From an uncultured Actinomycetes bacterium (GTDB lineage: Bacteria; Actinomycetota; Thermoleophilia; UBA2241), in NCBI GenBank assembly GCA_963755025.1, contig CAVWIH010000010.1:33370-97369 (forward strand): a stretch of DNA of 64,000 bases, in the 5' to 3' direction. Positions 32,052 through 40,842 of this stretch are shown here, piece after piece (positions within the stretch are counted from its first letter, which is position 1; every line of letters begins with the position of its first letter). The position numbers and the translations under genes are program-made. The notes beneath the pieces were generated by a model. That model did not search any database. It was not told the DNA's origin and was given only the letters and a program-made list of their open reading frames with translations.

Positions 32052-32138
32052 GCGTGCGACGTAATCTCACCAGCCTGAGCGGCATCGACGCAGTCGAATG
32101 ACGGACTAGGCGTGCGACGTAATCACACCTGGCTGAGC
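32045..32138. repeat. Imperfect ~36-bp direct repeat (2 copies, 58-bp period)
   Basis: GGACTAGGCGTGCGACGTAATC is identical at 32045-32066 and 32103-32124; each copy is followed by a similar xCACCxGxCTGAGC. Confidence 0.8.
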
Positions 32139-32172
32139 CTCAACGACGTCAATCCCTTGAGGGGGTAGAGCG

Positions 32173-33192
32173 ATGGCCTACAGGGTGACGCTCATTCCTG
32201 GCGACGGCACCGGCCCCGAGCTGGCCGCCGCCCTGGAGACGGTGATTGCCGCGAGCGGCGTGGCCGTCGAGTGGGAGCGCCACGACGCCGGCGCGGCCGT
32301 GCTCGCGCGCCGCGGTACGCCGCTGCCCGACGAGGTCATCGAGTCGGTGCGCGCCACGAAGGTGGCCATCAAGGGGCCGATCACCACGCCGGTGGGCTCG
32401 GGCTTTCGCTCGGTCAACGTGGCCCTGCGCGTGGCGCTCGACCTGTACGCCTGCCTGCGTCCGGCCAGGTCGCTTGTCGGCGTGCCCAGCCGCTTCGCCG
32501 GCGTCGACCTCGTGGTCGTGCGCGAGAACACCGAAGACCTCTACGCCGGCGTCGAGCACCAGGTCACTCCCGACGCCGCCGAGTCGATCAAGATCATCAC
32601 CCGGCGCGCCACCGAGCGCGTGGCGCGCTTCGCCTTCGACTACGCCCGCGCGCACGGGCGCCGCCGCGTCACCGCCGTGCACAAGGCCAACATCATGAAG
32701 CTCACCGACGGCCTGTTCCTGCGCGTGGCGGGCGAGGTGGCCGCCGGCTACCCCGACATCGCCTTCGACGACCGCATCGTCGACAACCTCTGCCAGCAGC
32801 TCGTCATGGCGCCCGAGCGCTTCGACGTGCTGCTCTGCCCCAACCTCTACGGCGACATCGTGAGCGACCTCTGCGCCGGCCTGATCGGCGGCCCCGGCGT
32901 TGCTCCCGGCGCCAATATCGGCGCCGGCTGCGCCGTGTTCGAGGCCGTGCACGGCAGCGGCCCCGACATCGCAGGCCGCGACATCGTCAACCCTACGGCC
33001 TTCCTGCTGTCGGGCGCCCTCATGCTCGAGCACCTGGGCGAGGGCGCGGCGGCCGGGCGCGTCTCCGACGCCGTGGCCGCCGTCATCGCCGAGGGCCGCC
33101 GCGTCACCCGTGACCTGGGCGGCACGGCCGGCACGCAGGAGTTCGCCCAGGCGGTGGCCGCACGCCTGCTGGCAGCCGCCGTCACCCCCTAA
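32173..33192 (+). CDS. Isocitrate/isopropylmalate dehydrogenase family, IDH-like
   Basis: [57 protein letters not shown]. Confidence 0.9.
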   Translation: MAYRVTLIPGDGTGPELAAALETVIAASGVAVEWERHDAGAAVLARRGTPLPDEVIESVRATKVAIKGPITTPVGSGFRSVNVALRVALDLYACLRPARSLVGVPSRFAGVDLVVVRENTEDLYAGVEHQVTPDAAESIKIITRRATERVARFAFDYARAHGRRRVTAVHKANIMKLTDGLFLRVAGEVAAGYPDIAFDDRIVDNLCQQLVMAPERFDVLLCPNLYGDIVSDLCAGLIGGPGVAPGANIGAGCAVFEAVHGSGPDIAGRDIVNPTAFLLSGALMLEHLGEGAAAGRVSDAVAAVIAEGRRVTRDLGGTAGTQEFAQAVAARLLAAAVTP

Positions 33193-33203
33193 AGGAGTCC
33201 ACC

Positions 33204-33500
33204 GTGCCAATGGAACCAGACGAACGCCACTTCAACATCCACGCCACGCCCGAGATGATGGCCGGCGTCTACGCCAACTTCGCCAACGTCAGCCACTCCG
33301 ACTACGAGTTCTCCATCACCTTCATGCGCCTCGACCACGAGAACGAGACCGAAGAAGAGATCAACGGCGTCGTGGTGTCGCGCATCAACATGTCGGCGCG
33401 CTTCATGAAGGAGCTCATCGAGGCGATGAACGACAACTTCGGCAAGTGGCAGGCCGGCGAGAACATCCGCAACCTGCCCGAGGCGCCCGACCACGACTGA
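33204..33500 (+). CDS. DUF3467-like small protein
   Basis: GVYANFANVSHSDYEFSITF...VVSRINMS pattern; AAGGAG RBS. Confidence 0.75.
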   Translation: MPMEPDERHFNIHATPEMMAGVYANFANVSHSDYEFSITFMRLDHENETEEEINGVVVSRINMSARFMKELIEAMNDNFGKWQAGENIRNLPEAPDHD

Positions 33501-33569
33501 GCGCGCGGCGCGTCGGTACGCGTGCGGGGCCGGCTCCGTCCGGCGCCGCGCCGGGCACCCCTTCTCCTC

Positions 33570-33585
33570 TGGTACCATGAGAGCG
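33570..33585 (+). promoter_or_regulatory. Extended -10 promoter giving a leaderless nitroreductase-pylBCD transcript
   Basis: TG-G-TACCAT followed by exactly 6 nt and then the in-frame GTG at 33585. Confidence 0.55.
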
Positions 33586-34265
33586 TGATGATTCCCCCCG
33601 AGACCCTCGCCGGATTCGTGGCGGCCGTCGAAGGCCGCCACAGCGTGCGGCGCTTCACCGACGAGCCCGTGTCGCGCGTCGACGTGCGCGAGATGGTGCG
33701 CCTGGCGACGCTGTCGGCCAACGCCGGCAACGCCCAGCCGTGGCGCTTTGTGGCCGTCGACGACCGCGCGCTGCTCGAAGCCATGGGCGAGGCGGTCGGG
33801 GAGCGCATCGACGCCATGGCCGCCTGGCCCGAGGTCGAGGCGGCCGGCATGGCCCGCAAGACGAGCACCATGCGCGGCTACTCCACCTTCTTCGCCAACG
33901 CGCCGCTGGCGATCGCCGTGTGCGGGCTGCCTTACGAGTCGGCGAGCGACCGCGCGCTCGAGCTGCGCGGGGTGTCGCGAGACGAGCACGACAGGCTGCG
34001 CGCCCGTCCCGACGTGCAGAGCGTGGGCGGCGCCATACAGGTGCTGGTCACCGCGGCGTACGCCCTGGGCTACGGCGCCTGCTGGATGACCGCCCCCGTG
34101 CTGGCCGCCCCCGCCCTCGAAGAGCTGCTGGGCGTCGCCGAGCCCGCTCGCCTGATGGCGATCGTCGCCCTTGGCCGGCCCGCGGCCGAGGGCAAGCCGG
34201 CGCCGCGCCGCTCCCTCGGCGAGGTCCTGCGTTTCCTGCCGCCCGAACCCGACGAGGACTCATGA
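33585..34265 (+). CDS. Nitroreductase-family flavoprotein, translationally coupled to pylB
   Basis: RHSVRRF, SANAGNAQPWRF, APLAI, GYGACWM; ATGA overlap with pylB. Confidence 0.85.
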   Translation: MMIPPETLAGFVAAVEGRHSVRRFTDEPVSRVDVREMVRLATLSANAGNAQPWRFVAVDDRALLEAMGEAVGERIDAMAAWPEVEAAGMARKTSTMRGYSTFFANAPLAIAVCGLPYESASDRALELRGVSRDEHDRLRARPDVQSVGGAIQVLVTAAYALGYGACWMTAPVLAAPALEELLGVAEPARLMAIVALGRPAAEGKPAPRRSLGEVLRFLPPEPDEDS

Positions 34266-35419
34266 CGACCCCCAGCCACGCAGAGACCGGTCCGATCATC
34301 GCCCGCGCCCTGGCCGGCGAGACGCTCGCGACCGCCGAGATCGCGAGCCTGCTCGCGATCGACGACCCGGCCGCCGCGGCGCCGCTCTATGCCGCCGCCG
34401 CCGAACTGCGCCGCCGCCACTTCGGCGACGTCATCTTCTTGTACGGCTTTGTCTACTTCTCCACCTGGTGCCGCAACGACTGCACCTTCTGCCTCTACCG
34501 CCGGGCCAACGCCGAGAGTCCGCGCTACCGCAAGCCGCGCGACGAGATCGTCGAGGTGAGCGTGGGTCTGGCCGCGTCGGGCGCCCACCTGATCGACCTG
34601 ACCATGGGCGAGGACCCGCTGTACTTCGCCCGCGGCGAGTTCGACGCGCTTGTCGAGCTGGTCGACGCCGCCAAGAAGGCCACCGGGCTGCCCGTCATGG
34701 TGTCGCCGGGCGTGGTGCCGCGCGAGGTGCTGGCCGCGCTTGCCGGCGTGGGCGCCGAGTGGTACGCCTGCTATCAGGAGGTCCACGACCGCGCGGCGTA
34801 CGCGCTGTTGCGCACAGGGCAGGACTACGACGTGCGCTCTCAGGCGCGCGCCGACGCCGCCGACCTGGGGCTGCTCGTCGAAGACGGCATGCTGCTCGGC
34901 GTGGGCGAGACCGTCGCCCAGCGCGCCGTCACGGTGGCCGCCATGCGCGAGCAACGGCTCGCCCAGGTGCGCGCCATGACCTTCGTGCCGCAGCGCGGCA
35001 CGCCGCTCGCCCGGCGCACCCCCGCCGGTCGCATCGGCGAGCTCGTCACCATCGCCGTGCTGCGCCTGACCATGCCCGACCGCCTCATTCCCGCCTCGCT
35101 CGACGTCGACGGCATCGCCGGCCTCGAGTCGCGCATCGCCGCCGGCGCCAACGTGGTCACGTCGCTGGTGCCGCCTGACACCGGACTCGCCGGCGTGTCG
35201 CAGTCCGAGCTCGACATCGACGAGGGCCTGCGCACCGCTCCGGTGGTCACGCAGCGTCTCGAGACCGCCGGCCTGCGCGTGGCCACGGCGGCCGAGTACG
35301 CCGCCTGGGTCGCGAGCGCCCGCGAGCGCGCCGCCGTTGCAGCCGGCCCTTCGGCTGCCGGCCTGGCGTCCTCCGCGCCGGCTGCCGGGGCTCAGACGCC
35401 CGCCCCAAAACCCGCCTGA
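34262..35419 (+). CDS. pylB: Methylornithine synthase (radical SAM lysine mutase)
   Basis: LYGFVYFSTWCRNDCTFC (CxxxCxxC), DLTMGED, WYACYQE, RLIPASLDVDG, AGANVVTS, GLAGV; directly upstream of pylC/D/T. Confidence 0.93.
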   Translation: MTTPSHAETGPIIARALAGETLATAEIASLLAIDDPAAAAPLYAAAAELRRRHFGDVIFLYGFVYFSTWCRNDCTFCLYRRANAESPRYRKPRDEIVEVSVGLAASGAHLIDLTMGEDPLYFARGEFDALVELVDAAKKATGLPVMVSPGVVPREVLAALAGVGAEWYACYQEVHDRAAYALLRTGQDYDVRSQARADAADLGLLVEDGMLLGVGETVAQRAVTVAAMREQRLAQVRAMTFVPQRGTPLARRTPAGRIGELVTIAVLRLTMPDRLIPASLDVDGIAGLESRIAAGANVVTSLVPPDTGLAGVSQSELDIDEGLRTAPVVTQRLETAGLRVATAAEYAAWVASARERAAVAAGPSAAGLASSAPAAGAQTPAPKPA

Positions 35420-35464
35420 GGTGACCCGCATGAGAACGAGCGGCGCGGCGTGGGGAGGAGGGGC

Positions 35465-36659
35465 ATGAGGCTGGCGATCGTCGGCGGCAAGCTGCAGGGC
35501 ACCGAGGCCGCCTACCTGGCCGGCGAGGCCGGCTACGAGGTCGTGGTCATCGACCGCCGGGCCGGCCGCCCGGCGTCGGGCCTGGCCGCCGAGACCCACG
35601 TCTTCGACGTGACCGCCGACCCGGTGCGCACCCGCGAGCTGCTGCTCGGCTGCGACGCCGTGCTGCCGGCCTGCGAAGACGAAGCCACCCTCGAGTTTCT
35701 GAGCCTCGTTCGCGCCCGGGCTGGGCGTGCCGCTGCTCTTCGACTTCGACGCCTATCTGGTCACGCAGTCGAAGATCGCCTCGAACGAGCTCTTCGCGCG
35801 GCTCGACGTGCCGCGGCCGCGGCCGTGGCCGGCCTGTGGGCTGCCCGCGGTCGTCAAGCCGAGCGTGGGCAGCGGCAGCACCGGCGTTCGCCTGGTCGTG
35901 TCGGAGCCCGGCCTCGTGCTGGCTCGCGCGGCGCTGGCGGCCGAGGGCGAGCAGGCGGTGGTCGAGGAGTACGTCGCCGGGCCGTCGCTGTCGATCGAGG
36001 TGATCGCGCTCGGCGGTGAGGCGCTGACCCTGCTGCCGACCTTCCTCGAGTTCGACGCGGTCTACGACTGCAAGCGCGTCGTGGCGCCGGTCGAGCCCGT
36101 GGCGCCGGTGAGCGAGGCCACGATGACCGCGCTCGACGACGTGGCGCGCCGCCTGGCCGACGGCGTCAGCCTGAGTGGCGTCATGGACGTCGAGGTGATG
36201 GTGGCCGCCGACGGCACGCCCAAGGCGATCGAGATCGACGCCCGCCTGCCCAGCCAGACCCCGGCTGCGGTGTTCCACGCAAGCGGCGCCAACATCGTCG
36301 AGCTGCTCGTCGAGAGCTTCGCCGCCGGCCGCCCGCCGGCAGCGCCCACGCAGGCCTTGCGCGGCGCCGTCTACGAGCACGTCCTGGTCGACGACGGCCG
36401 CGTCGAGGTGCTCGGCGAACACATCGTGGGCGCGGCCGGCCCGCTGCGCCGCTGCGACGGGCTGTTCGGCGCCGACGTCGTGCTCACCGACCGTCCCGAC
36501 TCGGGCGCCGCGCAGGGCCGCTGGGTGGCCGTGCTCATGACGCGCGGCGCGACCGCGGCGGCGGCCCGCGGGCGGGCCGCCGCCGCGGTCGCGCGCCTCG
36601 CCTACGAGCACGGCCTCGAGCTCGTGACCGAGTCCGAGCCCACCTTGGCCACACAGTGA
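35465..36659 (+). CDS. pylC: 3-methylornithine--L-lysine ligase (ATP-grasp; frameshift ~35705)
   Basis: IVGGKLQGTEAAYLA, FDFDAY, VKPS-GSGS, EEYVAGPSLSIEV, YDCKRV, GVMDVEV, EIDARLPSQTP, YEH, GEHI. Confidence 0.92.
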
Positions 36660-36702
36660 CCCGTCCGGGCGCAGGGCCGCGTCGCGATCCGTCTGAGCGG
36701 GT

Positions 36703-37662
36703 GTGGCCTGGTTTGACCCGGTCGAGCGGGCGCGCCGCGCCGTGACCCGCCTCGTCGAAAGCGACGTGCGCGTACTGACCGCGCACCTCGACGAGGTCGA
36801 GGGAGCGCTGCTGCGCCTCACCGGCTGCGACTTCGTGACGCTCGCCGCCAGGGCGTGCGGCGTGAGCGAGGGCGTCGCGCGCGACGCCCTCGCTCACGCC
36901 GCCGTGGCCGTCGTGCCCATCACGAGCGGCGAGGGCGTCATCGCCGGCTTCGTCGACTGCGTGGCGGCGATCTGCGCGCGGCTGGGCTGCCGCGCGGCGC
37001 GCGTCACCGGGGCGACCGACGTCGCCGGCTTCGCCGAAGCCTTCGCCGGCGGCGACGATCTGGTCTTCGCCGCCGACGACCGCCACTTCCTGGCCTTCGA
37101 CCTGCGCAGCCGCGCCGTGGCCGACGACGACCCCTGCACCGCCTACGCCTACGCGGCCGCCCTCGATGCCGCGGCAGCTCGGAGCGGCTCGACGGGGACC
37201 GGCGGCGCCGACGCCGCGACCGGCGCCGGCGCGTCAAGCGACGTCGCGCCCGACTCTGTCGCCGGCGTGGCCGGCAAGCCCGTCCTGGTGCTCGGCCTCG
37301 GCCCCGTGGGGCGCGCGGCCGCCGCGCGCTTAGTCGCGCTGGGCGCCGAGGTGCTCGTCTGCGAGCCCGACGAGGCGCGTCTGGCGGCAGTCACCGCGGC
37401 GCTGCCGGTCTCCCCCGTCACGCTGGCCGACGGCCTGTCGCGCAGCCGCCTCGTGCTCGATGCCACACCGACTCCCGACTTGATCGACGAGGACTGGCCG
37501 GGCGGCGACGGCATCGTCTGCTCTCCGGGCCTGCCGCCCGGCGTCACGGCTGCGGCCGCCCGCGTGCTGGGCGAGCGCCTCGTGCACGAGCCGCTCGCCC
37601 TGGGCGTGGCCGTGATGGCGGTGCAGGCCCTCACCGGGAACTCCGGCCCGGCGGGCCGGTGA
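36703..37662 (+). CDS. pylD: 3-methylornithyl-N6-L-lysine dehydrogenase (start may be GTG 36742)
   Basis: VVPITSGEGVIAGF, TDVAG, ADDRHFLA, Rossmann GLGPVG, DATP, PGLP, EPLALGVAVM. Confidence 0.9.
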   Translation: MAWFDPVERARRAVTRLVESDVRVLTAHLDEVEGALLRLTGCDFVTLAARACGVSEGVARDALAHAAVAVVPITSGEGVIAGFVDCVAAICARLGCRAARVTGATDVAGFAEAFAGGDDLVFAADDRHFLAFDLRSRAVADDDPCTAYAYAAALDAAAARSGSTGTGGADAATGAGASSDVAPDSVAGVAGKPVLVLGLGPVGRAAAARLVALGAEVLVCEPDEARLAAVTAALPVSPVTLADGLSRSRLVLDATPTPDLIDEDWPGGDGIVCSPGLPPGVTAAAARVLGERLVHEPLALGVAVMAVQALTGNSGPAGR

Positions 37663-37686
37663 CGCGCTTGCACAGGGGCGCCCGTT

Positions 37687-37715
37687 TTGCCGGACGCGCG
37701 CCGATGCGCTAGCCT
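37687..37715 (+). promoter_or_regulatory. Sigma70-type promoter for pylT
   Basis: TTGCCG-17 nt-TAGCCT, ending 11 nt before the tRNA 5' end. Confidence 0.5.
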
Positions 37716-37726
37716 AGAGGCGGCGC

Positions 37727-37799
37727 GGGGGGTCGATCGGAAGGATCAGCGTGGACTCTAAATCCACGTAGAGGGGTGTAACTCCCCTACTCCCCGCCA
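37727..37799 (+). tRNA. pylT: tRNA-Pyl (anticodon CUA, amber-decoding)
   Basis: GGGGGGT/ACTCCCC acceptor stem plus GCCA; GATC-GGAAG-GATC D-arm with 5-nt loop; 6-bp anticodon stem CGTGGA-CTCTAAA-TCCACG (CTA at 37758-37760); 3-nt variable loop; T-loop TGTAACT without TTC. These are the known tRNA-Pyl hallmarks. Confidence 0.96.
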
Positions 37800-37933
37800 G
37801 TGAGACTCCCCCGCACTGAGCGGACCTGCAGGTCAGGCCAGGCCGAGGCCTTCGGCATCGGATAGACGCCCCGAGCGGCGGCAGGCGGCTCGTCCCGCCG
37901 GCGTCGTGCCGGGAGCGCCGCGCCCCCCGCCTT

Positions 37934-37949
37934 TGCTACACTCCTTACA
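37934..37949 (+). promoter_or_regulatory. Extended -10 promoter, leaderless pylSn
   Basis: TG-C-TACACT, then 6 nt, then ATG; no Shine-Dalgarno sequence. Confidence 0.55.
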
Positions 37950-38287
37950 TGCCGACCGATCCCACCAAAGCCGTCTATTACCGCAAGCAGGTGCCGCTCT
38001 TCCGCCTGGTCGAGAAGATGAAGCTCTGGCCGTCGCGGCGCGGCCTGCTGCACGGCATCAAGGAGTTCGAGGTGCTGGGAACGCGGGCGCGCCTCACCAC
38101 GCACTGCGGCAAGGTCATGATCGTGCGCGATTCAAAGACGAGCCGCTCGGCGCGCTGGCTGCGCAACAAGCTGTTCTTCGAGGCCTGTCCGCAGTGCCGC
38201 ATACCCGATTGGAAGCTGCAGAAGTACGCCGCCACCACCTTCAAGCGCGGCTACGGCTCGTACCTGCGCGACGAAGGGCCGCGCTAG
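37949..38287 (+). CDS. pylSn: Pyrrolysyl-tRNA synthetase N-terminal (tRNA-binding) subunit
   Basis: KMKLWPSRRGLLHGIK, TTHCG, DSKTSRSARWLRNK, CPQCRIPDWKL; adjacent to pylT. Confidence 0.93.
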   Translation: MPTDPTKAVYYRKQVPLFRLVEKMKLWPSRRGLLHGIKEFEVLGTRARLTTHCGKVMIVRDSKTSRSARWLRNKLFFEACPQCRIPDWKLQKYAATTFKRGYGSYLRDEGPR

Positions 38288-38357
38288 CGCTCCCCTCGCG
38301 TACGACGCTGCGGCCGCGCTGCCGTGCGGTGCGCGGCAGACCCGCGAGCGCCCTGCG

Positions 38358-38828
38358 CTAGCCGCCGATCCCGTAGTCGACGTCGCGGCCGAGACCGCGA
38401 TCTGAGCGCGACCAACGGTCGATGTCGAAGGCGAACGGCCCGCTGCGGTGGTCTATGCCGACCGCGCTCGCGAGGGGCGCCGGCAGGCGCCCCACCCGAC
38501 CGAGCAACGACTCGTTGAAATCGCCGACCTCGAGGAACAGCGCCACGAGCTCGACGCGCCCCGAGTAGCCGGCTTCGCGAGCCAGCCGGGCGATCGCCCG
38601 GCAGTCGAAGCGGTCGCTGCAGTGGGCGCCGGGTTCGAGCAGGAACGGGTAGGCAAGGCGGGGCGGAGCGGAGCGTATGCGCAAGCCGAGCGGCAGGACG
38701 ACGGCGCAGCCGACGATCTCGATCGCCTTGGCGTCGAGGTTGCGAGCCATGACCTGAAGCGCATCGGTGGCGGCGCCGGCGGCGCCGACGGGCCGAACGT
38801 GAGCGACCTGCACTTCGAGCCTGCGCAC
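38358..38828 (-). CDS. Hypothetical protein
   Basis: 156-aa ORF with a GGGAGG RBS before GTG, filling the gap between pylSn and the radical SAM gene; no motif recognised. Confidence 0.5.
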   Translation of the reverse strand: MRRLEVQVAHVRPVGAAGAATDALQVMARNLDAKAIEIVGCAVVLPLGLRIRSAPPRLAYPFLLEPGAHCSDRFDCRAIARLAREAGYSGRVELVALFLEVGDFNESLLGRVGRLPAPLASAVGIDHRSGPFAFDIDRWSRSDRGLGRDVDYGIGG

Positions 38829-38886
38829 CTGGGACCTCCCCCCGGTGGTCTACTTGAGCGACCCTGCGCGACGCACGTTCCTTACA

Positions 38887-39765
38887 CTACAGCAGCCGCA
38901 ACCCCTCTGGCTTGAATCGTATCTGTTGCGGCGTCGTCAGCACGCCGTCGAGGGCGGCCAGCACGGCCTGCTTGTCGTGCGGCAGCCGGCCGCCGACGGG
39001 CAGGTAGTTCGAGGCGTGGTTGGAGCGGAACACGGCGTCGGTCACGGTGGTGGCGGCGACGATGGTGCGCAGCTCGCGCAGCATGGCGAGGGCGTCGGGC
39101 ACGACGAACTCGCCGCGCGCCACCCGCGCCGCCAGGCGCGTGCCGGACACGACCATGAGGCTGAGGATGCCGATGTACCGGGGGTCGATGGCCGACAGGG
39201 CCGCTCCGGTGGCCGCGGCGTGCACGAGCGAGCGCTGCGCGCCGGCCACGCCGAGGATCGCCGTGATCGACAGCTCGAGGCCGGCCGCCGTCGCCTTGGC
39301 GCAGCCCTCGATCTGCTGGGCGACCGTGACGCCCTTGTGGATGGCCGCCAGGGTCTGGTCGTCGCCCGACTCGAGGCCCAGGTAGAGCAGTTCGAGGCCG
39401 GCGGCGCGCACGGCGCACAGGTCGTCGGCGCTCTTGGCGAGCAGGTTGTGGGCGTTGGCGTAACAGCTCACCCGCTCGAGCGCCGGCAGCTCGCGGTGCA
39501 GCAGCTCGAGCACGTCGAGCAGCCGCCGGCGCGACAGCGCCAGGGCGTCGCCGTCGGCCAAAAAGACGCGCCGCACGCGTTCTTTGACGGCGACCGGAAG
39601 GCCGGTGAGGTCGGCGGCGACTTCGTCGGCCGGACGCAGCGCGAAGGGTTTGTCGAGGTAGGTCGCGCAGAAGTCGCACGAGGCGTTGGAGCAGCCGTAG
39701 GTCACCTGCACGATCAGGCTCGAGGCTTCGCTCGGAGGCCGGATGACGGCGCCGTGGTACCGCAT
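38887..39765 (-). CDS. Radical SAM protein (uncharacterised, CxxxxCxxC type)
   Basis: IRPPSEASSLIVQVTYGCSNASCDFC, FLADGDAL, YLGLESGDD, FRSNHASNYL; leaderless TG-A-TACACT-N6-ATG. Confidence 0.88.
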   Translation of the reverse strand: MRYHGAVIRPPSEASSLIVQVTYGCSNASCDFCATYLDKPFALRPADEVAADLTGLPVAVKERVRRVFLADGDALALSRRRLLDVLELLHRELPALERVSCYANAHNLLAKSADDLCAVRAAGLELLYLGLESGDDQTLAAIHKGVTVAQQIEGCAKATAAGLELSITAILGVAGAQRSLVHAAATGAALSAIDPRYIGILSLMVVSGTRLAARVARGEFVVPDALAMLRELRTIVAATTVTDAVFRSNHASNYLPVGGRLPHDKQAVLAALDGVLTTPQQIRFKPEGLRLL

Positions 39766-39968
39766 ATTTGCAGTGTATCAAGTCGTCCGCGGCGTGTGGC
39801 CGTCGGTGCGCCGGCGGCGGCGGTTTGCGCGTGAGCCGTCCTGTATACTTGTGCGCGACGCCGGGCAGCCCTCCATGGCTCCACGGCTGGTGAGGGCGCT
39901 GGTCGCAGGTTCACAAGCTTGCGACGCGCGAGTGGACGGCACGAACGTTTGAGGAGGAGTTGCCCAAC

Positions 39969-40610
39969 ATGGCCAACCGAGACGAGCTCATCCAAGAGGC
40001 GATCGACTCGATCGTCAACTACGACGCGGCGGCCGCCCACGACGTGGCCACCCGCGCCCTGGCCGCCGGCATCGCCCCCGGCGACATCATCAACCAGGGT
40101 TTTGTGGTCGGCATCTCCCAGGTCGGCGACGCCTTCGAAGGCGGCGAGGTCTTCCTGCCCGAGCTCATGCTGGCCGCCCAGGCCATGGACGCCGCCACCA
40201 AGGTCTGCAACGCGGCGCTTGAGGGCGGCCAGGCCGAGAAGAAGGGCGTCGTGGTCGTGGGCACCGTGCAGGGCGACGTGCACGACATCGGCAAGGCGAT
40301 CGTCATCGCCTACTTGAAGGCCCACGGCTATGAGGTCACCGACTGCGGCCGCGACACCCCGGCCGAGACCTTCATCGCCAAGGCCAAGGAGCTGCACGCC
40401 GACATCATCGGCATGAGCGCCCTGCTGACCACCACCATGGAAGAGCAGCGCCGCGTCATCAAGATGATCAAAGACGAGAGCCTGCCCTTCAAGACCGTGG
40501 TGGGCGGCGCCCCCTGCACGCAGCGCTGGGCCGACCAGATCGGCGCCGACGCCTACGCCGAAGACGCCTCCGACGGCGTCAAGAAGATCGACGCCCTGCT
40601 CGGCAGGTAG
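39969..40610 (+). CDS. Methyltransferase cognate corrinoid protein (MttC/MtbC/MtmC-like)
   Basis: FEGGEVFLPELM cap domain, GTVQGDVHDIGK (DxHxxG), GMSALLTTT, VVGGAP, IGADAYAEDA. Confidence 0.92.
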   Translation: MANRDELIQEAIDSIVNYDAAAAHDVATRALAAGIAPGDIINQGFVVGISQVGDAFEGGEVFLPELMLAAQAMDAATKVCNAALEGGQAEKKGVVVVGTVQGDVHDIGKAIVIAYLKAHGYEVTDCGRDTPAETFIAKAKELHADIIGMSALLTTTMEEQRRVIKMIKDESLPFKTVVGGAPCTQRWADQIGADAYAEDASDGVKKIDALLGR

Positions 40611-40700
40611 CAGGCCGCCAGGCCGCACCTGTCGCCCCGGCTGACAAGGCGGGGCCACGGCAGGCGGTCGCGCAGACGCACACGAACACGAGACCGTCAC

Positions 40701-40744
40701 GAGCGGGCGGGGCGCCGGCAGGCGCCCCGCCCGCTCTTCGTTTC
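40701..40744 (+). terminator. Intrinsic terminator after the corrinoid gene
   Basis: 16-bp stem GAGCGGGCGGGGCGCC-ggca-GGCGCCCCGCCCGCTC followed by TTCGTTT. Confidence 0.7.
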
Positions 40745-40842
40745 GCCCTCGAACGGGAAGCTCGCGAACAACGAGAAGCGTGTGAACGACGGAGGTGCTC
40801 ACGCCATCCGCGTGAAGGGCCGCCGGCGCCGCGCCGTCTGAC

